Assembly (NCBI GenBank): GCA_016182185.1
Contig: JACOXU010000003.1
Coordinates: 1 to 55,973, forward strand
Reading direction: 5' to 3'
Length of the DNA: 55,973 bases
DNA from: Candidatus Levyibacteriota bacterium
GTDB lineage: Bacteria; Patescibacteriota; Microgenomatia; Levybacterales; UBA12049
Shown here: one piece after another, positions 22,565-31,650 of the stretch
Layout of the letters: each line of letters begins with the position of its first letter
Numbering within the stretch: position 1 is the stretch's first letter
The notes under the pieces: generated by a model
What the model was told of the DNA's origin: nothing
What the model saw: the letters and a program-made list of their open reading frames with translations, nothing else
Database searches by the model: none
Program-made: the position numbers and the translations under genes

Positions 22565-23548
22565 TCAAGCATCTTCTTCTTTGAGGCGGACCAAATTCCG
22601 CCCTTTCAAATTAGCAAAAGCCATTCCTCTTAAAACTCTATCGATTTCAAGAGGCGGTAAGAAGTATTCATATAAAGATGAGCTCTGTTTTTCTCGTGAT
22701 TTTGATAAATGTGCAATTGGATAATATAGTGCTGACAGCATAAAAGGAATCATAATGGAAATTGTGTTGAAACTTCTTGTTGGAAGACTAACGCCAAGAA
22801 AACCCCACCAAGGAGCAGTTGTCCAAATAATTTTATATTGAAGGTTATCCTTCTGATTTGTTAGTTTTTCTCTAAATATTATTTTCCTCATTGAATCTCT
22901 AATTACTTGGTTAAATTTTGCTGTAAATCTCCTATCAAGCGGAGTTTTCGACTCCTGTCTTGATAGCCGATCCAAAATTTCCTCTCCGGGGATTTCTATT
23001 TTCCACCCCTCGGGGATCGGCTTGACCAAAGCTTTTGATCCATCTTCCTCGATTTCCTCGCCCCAAAACAAACCTCGCCTTTTGGTTACTGACCCATCTG
23101 CATTTACTCCGGCAATGCCTCGATTCCTATCCATAGGTACGTTTGTCAGCATAACCCGTCCTTGAATCGCCGCAACATCCAAAAGTCTGTCTGCATTGGC
23201 GCGGTTTAATTCCATTTGTTGACTAAATGGGCCATCATAAAGATTTATAAATCTTTGATTTGGAGTCGGTTCAAGATTAAACGGTTCCCACGGACTTATA
23301 TCCGGCCATTCAAATTTGGAACTATTTCTTGCAGATTTTCTTTCTCTTGCAAAGACCACACGTTCATTACGACTGTCGTTTTTTAGTCTTGCTTCTAATT
23401 CTGGGCTTTTGACCTCTATATTATTAGTATTTCCAGCCAAACCTTCGTCTATATTATCAGCTTGTGAAATACGAACAGCATCCACTCTCCCATGTGTATA
23501 ATTTTCGGGGGAGACGGTTAAACCTGGCTCAAATTCTTTATTAAGCAT
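22565..23548 (-). CDS. Hypothetical protein with C-terminal TM segments
   Basis: Long ORF; ATG 23548 preferred, upstream TTG 23581 possible. Confidence 0.7.
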   Translation of the reverse strand: MLNKEFEPGLTVSPENYTHGRVDAVRISQADNIDEGLAGNTNNIEVKSPELEARLKNDSRNERVVFARERKSARNSSKFEWPDISPWEPFNLEPTPNQRFINLYDGPFSQQMELNRANADRLLDVAAIQGRVMLTNVPMDRNRGIAGVNADGSVTKRRGLFWGEEIEEDGSKALVKPIPEGWKIEIPGEEILDRLSRQESKTPLDRRFTAKFNQVIRDSMRKIIFREKLTNQKDNLQYKIIWTTAPWWGFLGVSLPTRSFNTISIMIPFMLSALYYPIAHLSKSREKQSSSLYEYFLPPLEIDRVLRGMAFANLKGRNLVRLKEEDA

Positions 23549-23768
23549 AGAATCAAAGGATTTTAGCAGTTTTAGATTCAATATTCAACAAAAATGCTAA
23601 GCTCCTAAAAATATTGGGCATCCCATAGTAGGGGAGGGTATGATTTTTGGACCTTGGGATTTAACAGAGAATAAATACGGGAAATATAGGTACGCAATTA
23701 AAATTGTTAAATAATATGCACAAAAATTTGTACAAAAAAGACCACTTCTCCCATCCATCGTGCCTGAG

Positions 23769-23800
23769 TTATGTCGTAAAAGTATTATTGTACGACATAA
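23769..23800. other. Candidate dif-like recombination site (13-6-13 inverted repeat)
   Basis: TTATGTCGTAAAA-GTATTA-TTGTACGACATAA; arms differ at one position. Confidence 0.5.
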
Positions 23801-24242
23801 TCACTTCCTCCCACCCTTGCACAAATACCGTAGATTTTTATAGACCTAACCATTTAGGGAAATAAGATAATCCATATAATGGAAGAAATAAGTCTTTGTA
23901 CTCTATCAGCGCAAAGAAAGTACTTTCTGCCATATCTTTATATAATCTTTACAACTCTCTCCTCTCTGTATCTTTGATAAGTCTTAGTTTAGCCCATTAA
24001 ATCAATCTAAATGTTAATTTTTAGCCTCAGAAATTGTAATTTTAGAAATATCAAAGGGCTCTATTAAGAGGAGAATGAACAAGCGTTCCACCGATTTAAT
24101 CGGTGTTCGTATTTATTTCAATTTGTAAGGATCTGTGGCTAAATATCCCTCTATTGTGTCTATATGCCCTCTGGGAGAAGGCTAAGTACGTATCCGTGAA
24201 AACTTAAGTTATAATATCGTGAAAATCAAAAGTTATCCACAT

Positions 24243-24256
24243 CCGCCAGCTGGCGG
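24243..24256. repeat. Perfect GC-rich 14-bp palindrome (REP-like)
   Basis: CCGCCAGCTGGCGG in AT-rich DNA. Confidence 0.7.
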
Positions 24257-24376
24257 CTGTCCTATAATATTTTCATCTACTATATCAAACAGTATCATCT
24301 ATGCATGGGTTAAAGCTTGAAAAAAAATCCGGCACTCGCCTCTCTCCCCTCTCCTGAGGATGGATAAAAATTTTAA

Positions 24377-25201
24377 TTATGTCCAAGGAGTAAATAGAAG
24401 TAACGTCACAAAAACAACTACGGCGATCCACATATATTCCCACAAAACCCCTTTAAATAGCCTCTTCTCTATCCAAACCTGTGATATTCCAACTGTTGCA
24501 TAGAAAATACCGGTCAAAAATAAAGCAAGAACCGTAGGAGTGGACGGCCAAAACCAAACTAATATCCCAATCTCGATCAAGCAAACCGTAAGACCCAGAA
24601 CCCAGTAAAGATTTGCGAAGACATTTTTATCAAGGGTATGAGTCCATAAAGAATGAATAATTAGAAGGAATGAATAAATAAGTAAAAATGGAATAAAAAT
24701 ATAGATATTAAAATGTAATGAAAGGACAACGTTTGAGAGAAAAAAATAAGAAAGAAGAGTTATGGTAAAAGAGACAGTTCTGGCTGATGTAAGAAGAGCA
24801 ATTGTTCTGATCGATGAAACAATAAATATGTTTTCGCTTAAAAAAAGCGAATATAAACCCAGTGCATAAAGCGAGGTGGTGGCTAATCTCGTCAAAAATC
24901 TAGCAGGAACTAAAAAATAAAATAGTCCAAACGCAAGACTGAAAAGAAAGGGCAATATAAAAAGCTGCGGAGAAAAATTTTCCTTAAGATCCCTATAAAG
25001 AATCAAAAGAAGAATAATATCCGTTAAAAAGGCCAAGGAAAAAACTGTATAAACACCTGATTTACCGAGTAAATTTTGGCTTATAAACAACCCCAAAGAT
25101 AAAACCAGTACTCCGGCAATTAATTTCTGCCGTTTACTGAATGTAGGAAAAAATTTAAAAATATGTCTTCGATTAAATCTAGTTTTTCTATTATTTGCCA
25201 T
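24377..25201 (-). CDS. Polytopic membrane protein (DUF5656-like)
   Basis: About 8-9 hydrophobic segments; NIFIVSSIRTIALL. Confidence 0.75.
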   Translation of the reverse strand: MANNRKTRFNRRHIFKFFPTFSKRQKLIAGVLVLSLGLFISQNLLGKSGVYTVFSLAFLTDIILLLILYRDLKENFSPQLFILPFLFSLAFGLFYFLVPARFLTRLATTSLYALGLYSLFLSENIFIVSSIRTIALLTSARTVSFTITLLSYFFLSNVVLSLHFNIYIFIPFLLIYSFLLIIHSLWTHTLDKNVFANLYWVLGLTVCLIEIGILVWFWPSTPTVLALFLTGIFYATVGISQVWIEKRLFKGVLWEYMWIAVVVFVTLLLFTPWT

Positions 25202-25228
25202 TTTATATTAAGTACATGAGTAAATTTA

Positions 25229-25987
25229 CTATTCGTCTTTAAGAGCTATAATTATATTTTCGGGGATATCGAAATTCGCATATACGTTCTGCACATCTTC
25301 GAGGTCTTCAAGCTTGTCTACGAGAGATAAAATTTTTTTTGCCATTTCAGGATCTTTTACCTCAACGGTTGTAGTACTGTTTTTTGTAAGCTGCGCATCT
25401 TGAACACTCAATCCTTTATTTTCCAGCGAATTTTTTATGCTATAGAGTTCATTGGGTTTCGTATAAATTTCAACCAGCTTCCCTGCCTCCTTTACATCTT
25501 CTGCTCCCAAATCTACTGCTACTTCGAAAATTTCATCATAAGTTTTATTTCCCCTAGTAATTGCAATTAGCCCCTGATCTTTAAACATCCAGGAAACTGC
25601 ACCTAAGCTTGCAAATGTTCCCCCGTTTTTTTCGAGTAAATTTTTGATCTCAGACGTTGTACGATTTTTATTGTCGCTCGCAGCTTTTATAACAAGAGCG
25701 ACTCCACCCGGAGCAAATCCTTCATAGACTACTTCTTCCAAATTCCCCGCTTCCTTTTTAAGAGCCCGCTGAATTGCTCTTTCGACATTTTCTTTGGGCA
25801 TGTTTACGGATTTTGACGCATCGATTGCAAGTCTGAGCCTGAAATTTTGCGTTGGGTCAGCCACCCCTCCCCCATCTCTCACTGCAATTGTTATAGCATT
25901 GGCAAGTTTGGTAAAAACTAAACCTCTTTTAACATCTGCTTTTTGCTTCTGTCTTTTAATTTGCGACCATTTAGAATGTCCAGACAT
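25229..25987 (-). CDS. yebC: YebC/PmpR family protein
   Basis: MSGHSKW, YEGFAPGG, DNKNRT, DVQNVYAN. Confidence 0.96.
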   Translation of the reverse strand: MSGHSKWSQIKRQKQKADVKRGLVFTKLANAITIAVRDGGGVADPTQNFRLRLAIDASKSVNMPKENVERAIQRALKKEAGNLEEVVYEGFAPGGVALVIKAASDNKNRTTSEIKNLLEKNGGTFASLGAVSWMFKDQGLIAITRGNKTYDEIFEVAVDLGAEDVKEAGKLVEIYTKPNELYSIKNSLENKGLSVQDAQLTKNSTTTVEVKDPEMAKKILSLVDKLEDLEDVQNVYANFDIPENIIIALKDE

Positions 25988-26007
25988 ATTAAAAAATTTC
26001 TAATTTC

Positions 26008-26128
26008 TAAAATGCGGGGAGATATAAAATTTTTGCAGTTTTCACTAGCAGGTTTATGAATCTAGTTTGGGTATTGAGTTTTTTCGCGCTGAAAACAAGA
26101 AAATTTTTGTATCGACCTCAGCATTTTA
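26008..26128. other. Long imperfect hairpin (~120 nt), possible structured RNA or MITE-like element
   Basis: Nested stems TAAAATGC/GCATTTTA, GGGG/CCTC, GATATAAAA/TTTTGTATC, GTTTTCA/TGAAAAC. Confidence 0.55.
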
Positions 26129-26211
26129 AGTAATTCTATTATACGTTTCCGTATTGACTTTTGCAATAAATAATAGTAAAATTTTCGTCATCTTTTGTAT
26201 TAAATCCTCGC

Positions 26212-26949
26212 ATGATATCACTTAAAGATCAAGCTATAAACACCGCACTAAACGGAGATTGGGAAAAGGCAATTTCTCTTAATAAAGCACTTGTCAAGGC
26301 AAATCCCAATGACGTAGATGCCTTAAACAGACTTGCATTTGCCCTGCATATCCAAGGCAAAACGCAGGCTGCCAAAACTACTTACCAGAAGGTGCTCAAG
26401 ATTGACGGGCTCAATTCTCTAGCCCTTAGAAATTTAAAAAAATTATTGGAATCAAAAAAATCAGGTAAGAATTTTACCTCAAATAATTTTTCTATTCAAA
26501 CTGACAATTTATTTCTCGAAGAACCGGGCAAAACCAAAATTATTGAACTTGTAAATATTGCCCAGCCCAATGTGATTAATATGCTCAGAACCGGTCAAAT
26601 TTTAATGCTTTGCGTAAAACGTTTGAAAATATTTTTACTTGCAGAAAACAAAATATTTGTCGGTATGCTTCCTGACAATATTAGTAAAAGATTGATCAAA
26701 TTTATCAAGGCAGGTAATGAATATAATGCGTATGTCAAATCCGCCAATAATAGACGTCTTGTTGTTTTTATAAAAGAAACAAAAAAATCTAGTAGGTTTA
26801 AGGATCAATTTTCATTCCTGTCGGGAACTGACAAGGCATTGGACTTTGATTCTTCAGCTAAATTAAGAGCAGGTAAAAGAAAATCCAAGCTCATCGAGGA
26901 AAAGGATGAAAATGATGGTCAAGATTATGATTCAGAAGACGAATCTTGA
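26212..26949 (+). CDS. TPR-containing protein
   Basis: WEKAISLN...NPNDVDALNRLA...YQKVLKID; FLEEPGKTK. Confidence 0.85.
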   Translation: MISLKDQAINTALNGDWEKAISLNKALVKANPNDVDALNRLAFALHIQGKTQAAKTTYQKVLKIDGLNSLALRNLKKLLESKKSGKNFTSNNFSIQTDNLFLEEPGKTKIIELVNIAQPNVINMLRTGQILMLCVKRLKIFLLAENKIFVGMLPDNISKRLIKFIKAGNEYNAYVKSANNRRLVVFIKETKKSSRFKDQFSFLSGTDKALDFDSSAKLRAGKRKSKLIEEKDENDGQDYDSEDES

Positions 26950-27089
26950 TCTTTATGAAAAATTACCCTTCCTTTTGAAAGTTCCTTTGCTGCCTTTTTA
27001 ATTTCCGATCTGGCGCTTTGACCTCGAAGCGAAAAAAGTGCCAGAACCACTGAGATCAAAAAAATTATAATTATTGCACCAATAAACAT
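26925..27089 (-). CDS. Small single-TM protein (54 aa)
   Basis: MFIGAIIIIFLISVVLALFSLRGQSARSEIKKAAKELSKGRVIFHKDQDSSSES*; starts 1 nt after the upstream stop. Confidence 0.65.
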   Translation of the reverse strand: MFIGAIIIIFLISVVLALFSLRGQSARSEIKKAAKELSKGRVIFHKDQDSSSES

Positions 27090-27090
27090 A

Positions 27091-27891
27091 TTAGTATTTT
27101 ATAAATTTATTATAATCTTTTCCCACCCTGATAGTAATATCCCCTATCGTTTGCTTATTTTCCTGCGTATTAAATCGCAAAATTTTTTTCAATCTTTCAA
27201 GTGTATATACTTGCTCGCCTTTATAGAAAATGGCCGATTTTTCTTCTAAATTTTGCGAAGTTGAAACCAGTATAACATTGCCTCCTATATTGGTTAGAAG
27301 TCTTGCAATTCTGTTGCCAAGTCCGTATTCTCCAGCCGAATTAACTACCTCAATATTAATTTTTTCTTGTGCAATTTTTTCCTCCTCAAAAACTTCTGAC
27401 AGTATTTTATCTCTTTCAGCTTCGTCTAAATTTATTGATAAATTTTCTTCTTTTATACTCTCTTCTTTTACCGTTATTAGGAAAATCCAGAGTTTCACAA
27501 TATCAGCCGTATTAAGATCTGACTTGGTATCTCTACTATTTAAGACTGCACTTGAAAGCAACTGTTTTATATCATTGTTGAAATTTTTGCTGTCCGTTGA
27601 AATATGCGCATCAAGAGGTATTTCAAGAAACTTATATATATCAATCTCTCCCCTATCCCCCTCAATCCTAAGTACTGAAATTGAACCCTTGTCAGGCGAA
27701 AAAGATAATACCTTAATATTTTTATTGTCCCAAACTAATACATTGAATTTATTATCGCTGTCGAATCGACTTCTCCCTATCAATAGAATCGTTTTATAAA
27801 CTAAAGAGGCAAAAACAATAAGCGCAATGAATGCAAAAAAAATAATGGCAAACTTTGTATTTTTGCCAGATAAATCTTTCTTTTTTTTCAT
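27091..27891 (-). CDS. Membrane protein with LytR C-terminal domain
   Basis: N-terminal TM; IEVVNSAGEYGLG...DITIRVGKD. Confidence 0.85.
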   Translation of the reverse strand: MKKKKDLSGKNTKFAIIFFAFIALIVFASLVYKTILLIGRSRFDSDNKFNVLVWDNKNIKVLSFSPDKGSISVLRIEGDRGEIDIYKFLEIPLDAHISTDSKNFNNDIKQLLSSAVLNSRDTKSDLNTADIVKLWIFLITVKEESIKEENLSINLDEAERDKILSEVFEEEKIAQEKINIEVVNSAGEYGLGNRIARLLTNIGGNVILVSTSQNLEEKSAIFYKGEQVYTLERLKKILRFNTQENKQTIGDITIRVGKDYNKFIKY

Positions 27892-28031
27892 TAGTAATCT
27901 TTTTTCTTTTTGGAAATAATCTCAGGCATTGTAATTGTGGGAGAAAAAACTGAAGGATTAGATATGCTTTTTTCTAAATCTTTCTTTTTCTTTTTCTTTT
28001 CACCTTTATAAAATCCGCCAAACTTCCCCAT
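27891..28031 (-). CDS. Small Lys-rich protein (46 aa)
   Basis: MGKFGGFYKGEKKKKKKDLEKSISNPSVFSPTITMPEIISKKKKDY*; TAATG overlap with the next gene. Confidence 0.6.
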   Translation of the reverse strand: MGKFGGFYKGEKKKKKKDLEKSISNPSVFSPTITMPEIISKKKKDY

Positions 28032-28049
28032 CAATAATCACCATCCCTT

Positions 28050-28108
28050 GCCCGCCGAAGCCTTCTTGACCTTCGAAGTTTTTAACGAAGGAGGTGGCGA
28101 AGGCGGGT
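28050..28108. repeat. Nested GC-rich REP-like hairpin
   Basis: CCCGCC-GAA-GCC ... CCTTCG/CGAAGG ... GGC-GAA-GGCGGG. Confidence 0.7.
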
Positions 28109-28173
28109 TTATATATAAAACTATATCAATAATTACTCATAAAAACAACCATCACTACGACCTAAGTGAAAAG

Positions 28174-28950
28174 TTAATTTAACTTTGAAATGAAGCTTTC
28201 TAATTCTTTTGGGAGCGGAGATTCGAGCTTAATAATCTTGTTTTCGATCGGATGGATAAAGGAAATTCCGGCAGCGTGGAGAAAAAGACGGGGCAATACT
28301 TTTCTGTCATTTCTGGCAGTTTTACGCCCTGCGTAAAGAAAATCTGAAAAAACAGGGTGGTTAAAATATTTAAGATGCACTCTTATCTGATGCGTTCTTC
28401 CAGTTTTAGGTTTTAGCTCTAATAAACTTAAGGTCTCTTTCTCTAAATACTTAATATTTAATACTTTATACTGAGTGCTTGCCTCCCTTCCTCCTGCTAC
28501 GACTCCGAATCTTTTTCTATTAAATGGTAATCTTCCTACCGGCACACTTATTTCTCCCTCCAAAGGCGTGACTTTCCCATGGACCAGGGCGATATATTTT
28601 TTCTCAATTTTTCTTTCTTTAAACTGCCTCTGAAGATCAACAAATACCTCTGGGGTCTTTGCAATCAGAAGAATTCCCGAAGTTTCTTTATCAAGCCTAT
28701 GCACTATACCAGCTCTGCTGGTAAATTCCAAATCCCAAGCACCAAATCCCAATTTTTCTTTGTTTTTGATATTTAAATTTTGGAATTTATTTGAGATTTG
28801 AGATTTGAGATTTGAGATTTGAAGATGCCTTTCTGCCCAATCTTGTATTGTCTGCTGGTCCCCAGTTGTATCTGATCGATTAACAGTTATTCCGGATGGC
28901 TTACCTATTGCGACTAGATAATCATCTTCATATAATATTTTTATGTCCAT
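28174..28950 (-). CDS. RluA/RluD-family pseudouridine synthase with in-frame repeat insertion
   Basis: KPSG, HRLDKETSG, TGRTHQIRVH, LFLHA. Confidence 0.93.
   Translation of the reverse strand: MDIKILYEDDYLVAIGKPSGITVNRSDTTGDQQTIQDWAERHLQISNLKSQISNKFQNLNIKNKEKLGFGAWDLEFTSRAGIVHRLDKETSGILLIAKTPEVFVDLQRQFKERKIEKKYIALVHGKVTPLEGEISVPVGRLPFNRKRFGVVAGGREASTQYKVLNIKYLEKETLSLLELKPKTGRTHQIRVHLKYFNHPVFSDFLYAGRKTARNDRKVLPRLFLHAAGISFIHPIENKIIKLESPLPKELESFISKLN
28722..28824. repeat. Heptamer-repeat element inside the RluA gene
   Basis: (TTTGAGA)x4 at 28790-28817 opposite a CCAAATCCC arm; TTTTTGATATT core shared with the 35051 and 41104 elements. Confidence 0.8.
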
Positions 28951-28958
28951 AGAGAATC

Positions 28959-29666
28959 TTATCTTTTTATTTTGGAAAACTTTGCCAATAAATCTTCTTT
29001 ATCCATAAACAATACCAAACTTACCAAAAGCGCTCCCAAAAGAATGTAATTCTGCGGTTGGTCGACAAATTTGAAATTTTTAAATTGTGTAACAATATTC
29101 GTAAAAAGAGAGATTAATGAAAAAGAAAAAATAAATATTAATCCTATTGTACCGTCTTTAAGTTTTCCCTTAAAAAGGAGTCCAAAGCAAAGAAATTTAA
29201 TGAAAATAAAGAATAACATTGTATAAATAAGTGTGAGAATCATTATTTCAAGCGAAAAACCTTTGGGAAGAAGGATCAGTAAATACCCCAGATAGCCAAT
29301 AGGAAATGCGGCTAAAGTCGAAATAGAAAAAAAATCAAATATTCGCTCCATTGGCATCTTCTTTACTTTAAGATAGTAAATTAAAAATAAAGTTCCTCCC
29401 AAGACTCCTCCCGTAAGAGAAAGTCCCGGAAAATATGGAAAAAGGAAGAAGACCAAAGGCTTCATAAGCATATCTATGCTATTGAAAATTGCATAAAACA
29501 GCCTGGCAAAAAATAATCCCGCAAAAAATGTGGTAAAAGAAGTATTAAAAATTTTCTCAAGGGAAATATCTTTACGAAGAAGACTAAGATCATCGCGCGA
29601 TAGAAAATGAAGACAAAAAAGGAATGCTAAAAAACAAATAAGTAAAATAAAAATGAAATACTCCAT
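28959..29666 (-). CDS. Lgt-like membrane protein (prolipoprotein diacylglyceryl transferase family, divergent)
   Basis: FARLFY, PGLSLTGGVLGG, IFDFFS...IGYLG. Confidence 0.65.
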   Translation of the reverse strand: MEYFIFILLICFLAFLFCLHFLSRDDLSLLRKDISLEKIFNTSFTTFFAGLFFARLFYAIFNSIDMLMKPLVFFLFPYFPGLSLTGGVLGGTLFLIYYLKVKKMPMERIFDFFSISTLAAFPIGYLGYLLILLPKGFSLEIMILTLIYTMLFFIFIKFLCFGLLFKGKLKDGTIGLIFIFSFSLISLFTNIVTQFKNFKFVDQPQNYILLGALLVSLVLFMDKEDLLAKFSKIKR

Positions 29667-29667
29667 A

Positions 29668-30963
29668 CTATTCAAAAACCCAGAAAAAAATTCCCAGTAT
29701 TATCATTATAATACCAAAACCTACCACCACTCTTGGAATTCCAAGGAGGTCGGCCAATCCTCCGGCCATGATTATTGGTAAAAAAGATACCGCACCTATA
29801 ACAGCATTTAGCAAGCCGTAGACTCTTCCCCGCATAGATTCATTGGTTTCAGTTTGAAGAGTTGTGTTTGAGGGAATAAATACAAAGGAAATCGCAAATC
29901 CGACAATAAATGCCATTACAATTGCTATCTGGTACATTGAGATCGTCAAAAAGTAAGGAAGTATGCTGTTTATCGATTTTATTATTGAAAGTGAAATTAC
30001 TTTGTTTCCGAAAGGAAATAGAATAAAAACAGCTCCTCCCAAAAGAAATCCTATTCCGCTTAGCCATCTGGGGTTAAAATGTTTTCCAAAACTTCCGAGC
30101 ATAAAGGCAGAAATTCCCATTCCAAGCGCCGCAGGACCGATGAGAACAAGAGATAAGCTTTCAATTTGAGCATTAAGAATTCTAGTCATATATCCCGGTG
30201 CAAGCACTGCGAACATGTAAATGACAGACTGGGCAATTGTCATCATAAGAAGTGCATGAAAAACTTTTCTTGCCCGTCTTATAAAGCTGAAGATCTCCCG
30301 AGCCTCATTCGTCAATGATGCTTTTGCAGGAAAAGAAAGAAGTTGGCCTAAAATCCTTTTCTTTTTTTCTGGTAAATTTATGAAGAGAACAAAAATACTA
30401 CTTAGATAAAAAAAGACAGCCAATAAAAGAAACGTGTTCTGTTTTCCGACCAGAAGAACTATTGGACCTGAAAATATGTAGCCAAGCAGCGTTGTTCCGT
30501 AAATTCCAAATGAAAAAACTGCATTGGCAGAAAGTAGCAGTTTCCGAGGAACCAAACTTGGTATGACCGATGCATGCGCAGGAATAAAAAATTGCGTTGC
30601 TACAGCTATCAAAAAGGTTAGTAAATAAATAAAGCTTATATGAAGATCGGGTATTAAAAAAGGTAAAATCAAAAATCCTCTAATTAAATTGGTGAAAAAT
30701 AAAACTTTTTTTTTATTCCATCTGTCGACATATACGCCTGAAACTATACTGAAAAGAAGTGCAGGAATAGTAAATGAAAGAATTATTCCCGAAACTGCCG
30801 TACTTGATCTGGTTGATTCATATACTACAAAAATAAGTGCGAAATGCTGGACACTGAACGCAAACTGCGAGATAAGTTCAGATATCATCATGAAGAAGAA
30901 AGAACGAATACCAAGAACGCGCAGCATGTCATTTGACTTGGCAGTTTTTTTGATAAACTCCAT
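29668..30963 (-). CDS. MFS transporter (DHA3/MFS_3-like)
   Basis: GVYVDRWNKK motif A, about 12 TMs, MRGRVYG. Confidence 0.9.
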   Translation of the reverse strand: MEFIKKTAKSNDMLRVLGIRSFFFMMISELISQFAFSVQHFALIFVVYESTRSSTAVSGIILSFTIPALLFSIVSGVYVDRWNKKKVLFFTNLIRGFLILPFLIPDLHISFIYLLTFLIAVATQFFIPAHASVIPSLVPRKLLLSANAVFSFGIYGTTLLGYIFSGPIVLLVGKQNTFLLLAVFFYLSSIFVLFINLPEKKKRILGQLLSFPAKASLTNEAREIFSFIRRARKVFHALLMMTIAQSVIYMFAVLAPGYMTRILNAQIESLSLVLIGPAALGMGISAFMLGSFGKHFNPRWLSGIGFLLGGAVFILFPFGNKVISLSIIKSINSILPYFLTISMYQIAIVMAFIVGFAISFVFIPSNTTLQTETNESMRGRVYGLLNAVIGAVSFLPIIMAGGLADLLGIPRVVVGFGIIMIILGIFFWVFE

Positions 30964-30974
30964 ATGTGGGCTTC

Positions 30975-31529
30975 CTATACTTTTTCTGTATATTCCCCTG
31001 TTCTAGTATCAATACTTACCATATCTCCAACCTTAATAAAAAGTGGAACTTTTGTTTTGAGCCCGTTTTCCAAAATTGCGTCTTTATAGATGTTAGTGGC
31101 TGAATTCCCCCTCTCTGACGGACCAGTATCTGTAATTTTGAATTTCATCTTGGGTGGAAGGGTGATAGAAATCGGCTGATCATTCAAGATATTGACAGAA
31201 AAATTTTCTCCTTCCTTGAGGTATTGATGGTCAGAAATTGTCGTGATGGGAATATGAATTTGCTCAAATGATGATAAATCCATAAAATAAACATTCTCCT
31301 TATCTTTATACAGATATTGAAGATCTTTTTTAAATACGCGAGCCAATTTTACCCTGGCCCCGTTTATAAAACTTTTACTGATTATGGCACCCGATTTCAA
31401 ATTTTTGACTTTAACTTTTATATTGGCACTTCCCCTTCCCATCTTTATATGTTCGTAAGAAAGGACCTGAAAAATTTGTCCGTCATCGTCAAAGACCGTG
31501 CCGTTTCTAAGTTCTGTTACTGAAATCAT
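30975..31529 (-). CDS. efp: Translation elongation factor P
   Basis: HIKMGRG (Arg-type tip), KVPLFI, DTRTGEY. Confidence 0.96.
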   Translation of the reverse strand: MISVTELRNGTVFDDDGQIFQVLSYEHIKMGRGSANIKVKVKNLKSGAIISKSFINGARVKLARVFKKDLQYLYKDKENVYFMDLSSFEQIHIPITTISDHQYLKEGENFSVNILNDQPISITLPPKMKFKITDTGPSERGNSATNIYKDAILENGLKTKVPLFIKVGDMVSIDTRTGEYTEKV

Positions 31530-31538
31530 AAATAAAAA

Positions 31539-31650
31539 AATTTCTAATTAACCTAATTGACCTAATTTCTAATATATAAAACTTTTTGGGATTTGGGAAT
31601 TGGGCTCTGGGATTTGATTAGATCAATTAGTCATTAGAAATTAGAAATTA
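31539..31650. repeat. Bipartite heptamer-repeat element, empty copy
   Basis: 31539-31565 is the exact reverse complement of 53757-53783; right arm matches 53340-53370 in reverse. Confidence 0.8.

Noticed and set aside
24134..24241. oriC based on DnaA boxes
   Set aside because: Only one perfect TTATCCACA and one mismatched box; no dnaA/dnaN nearby; local gene orientation is convergent
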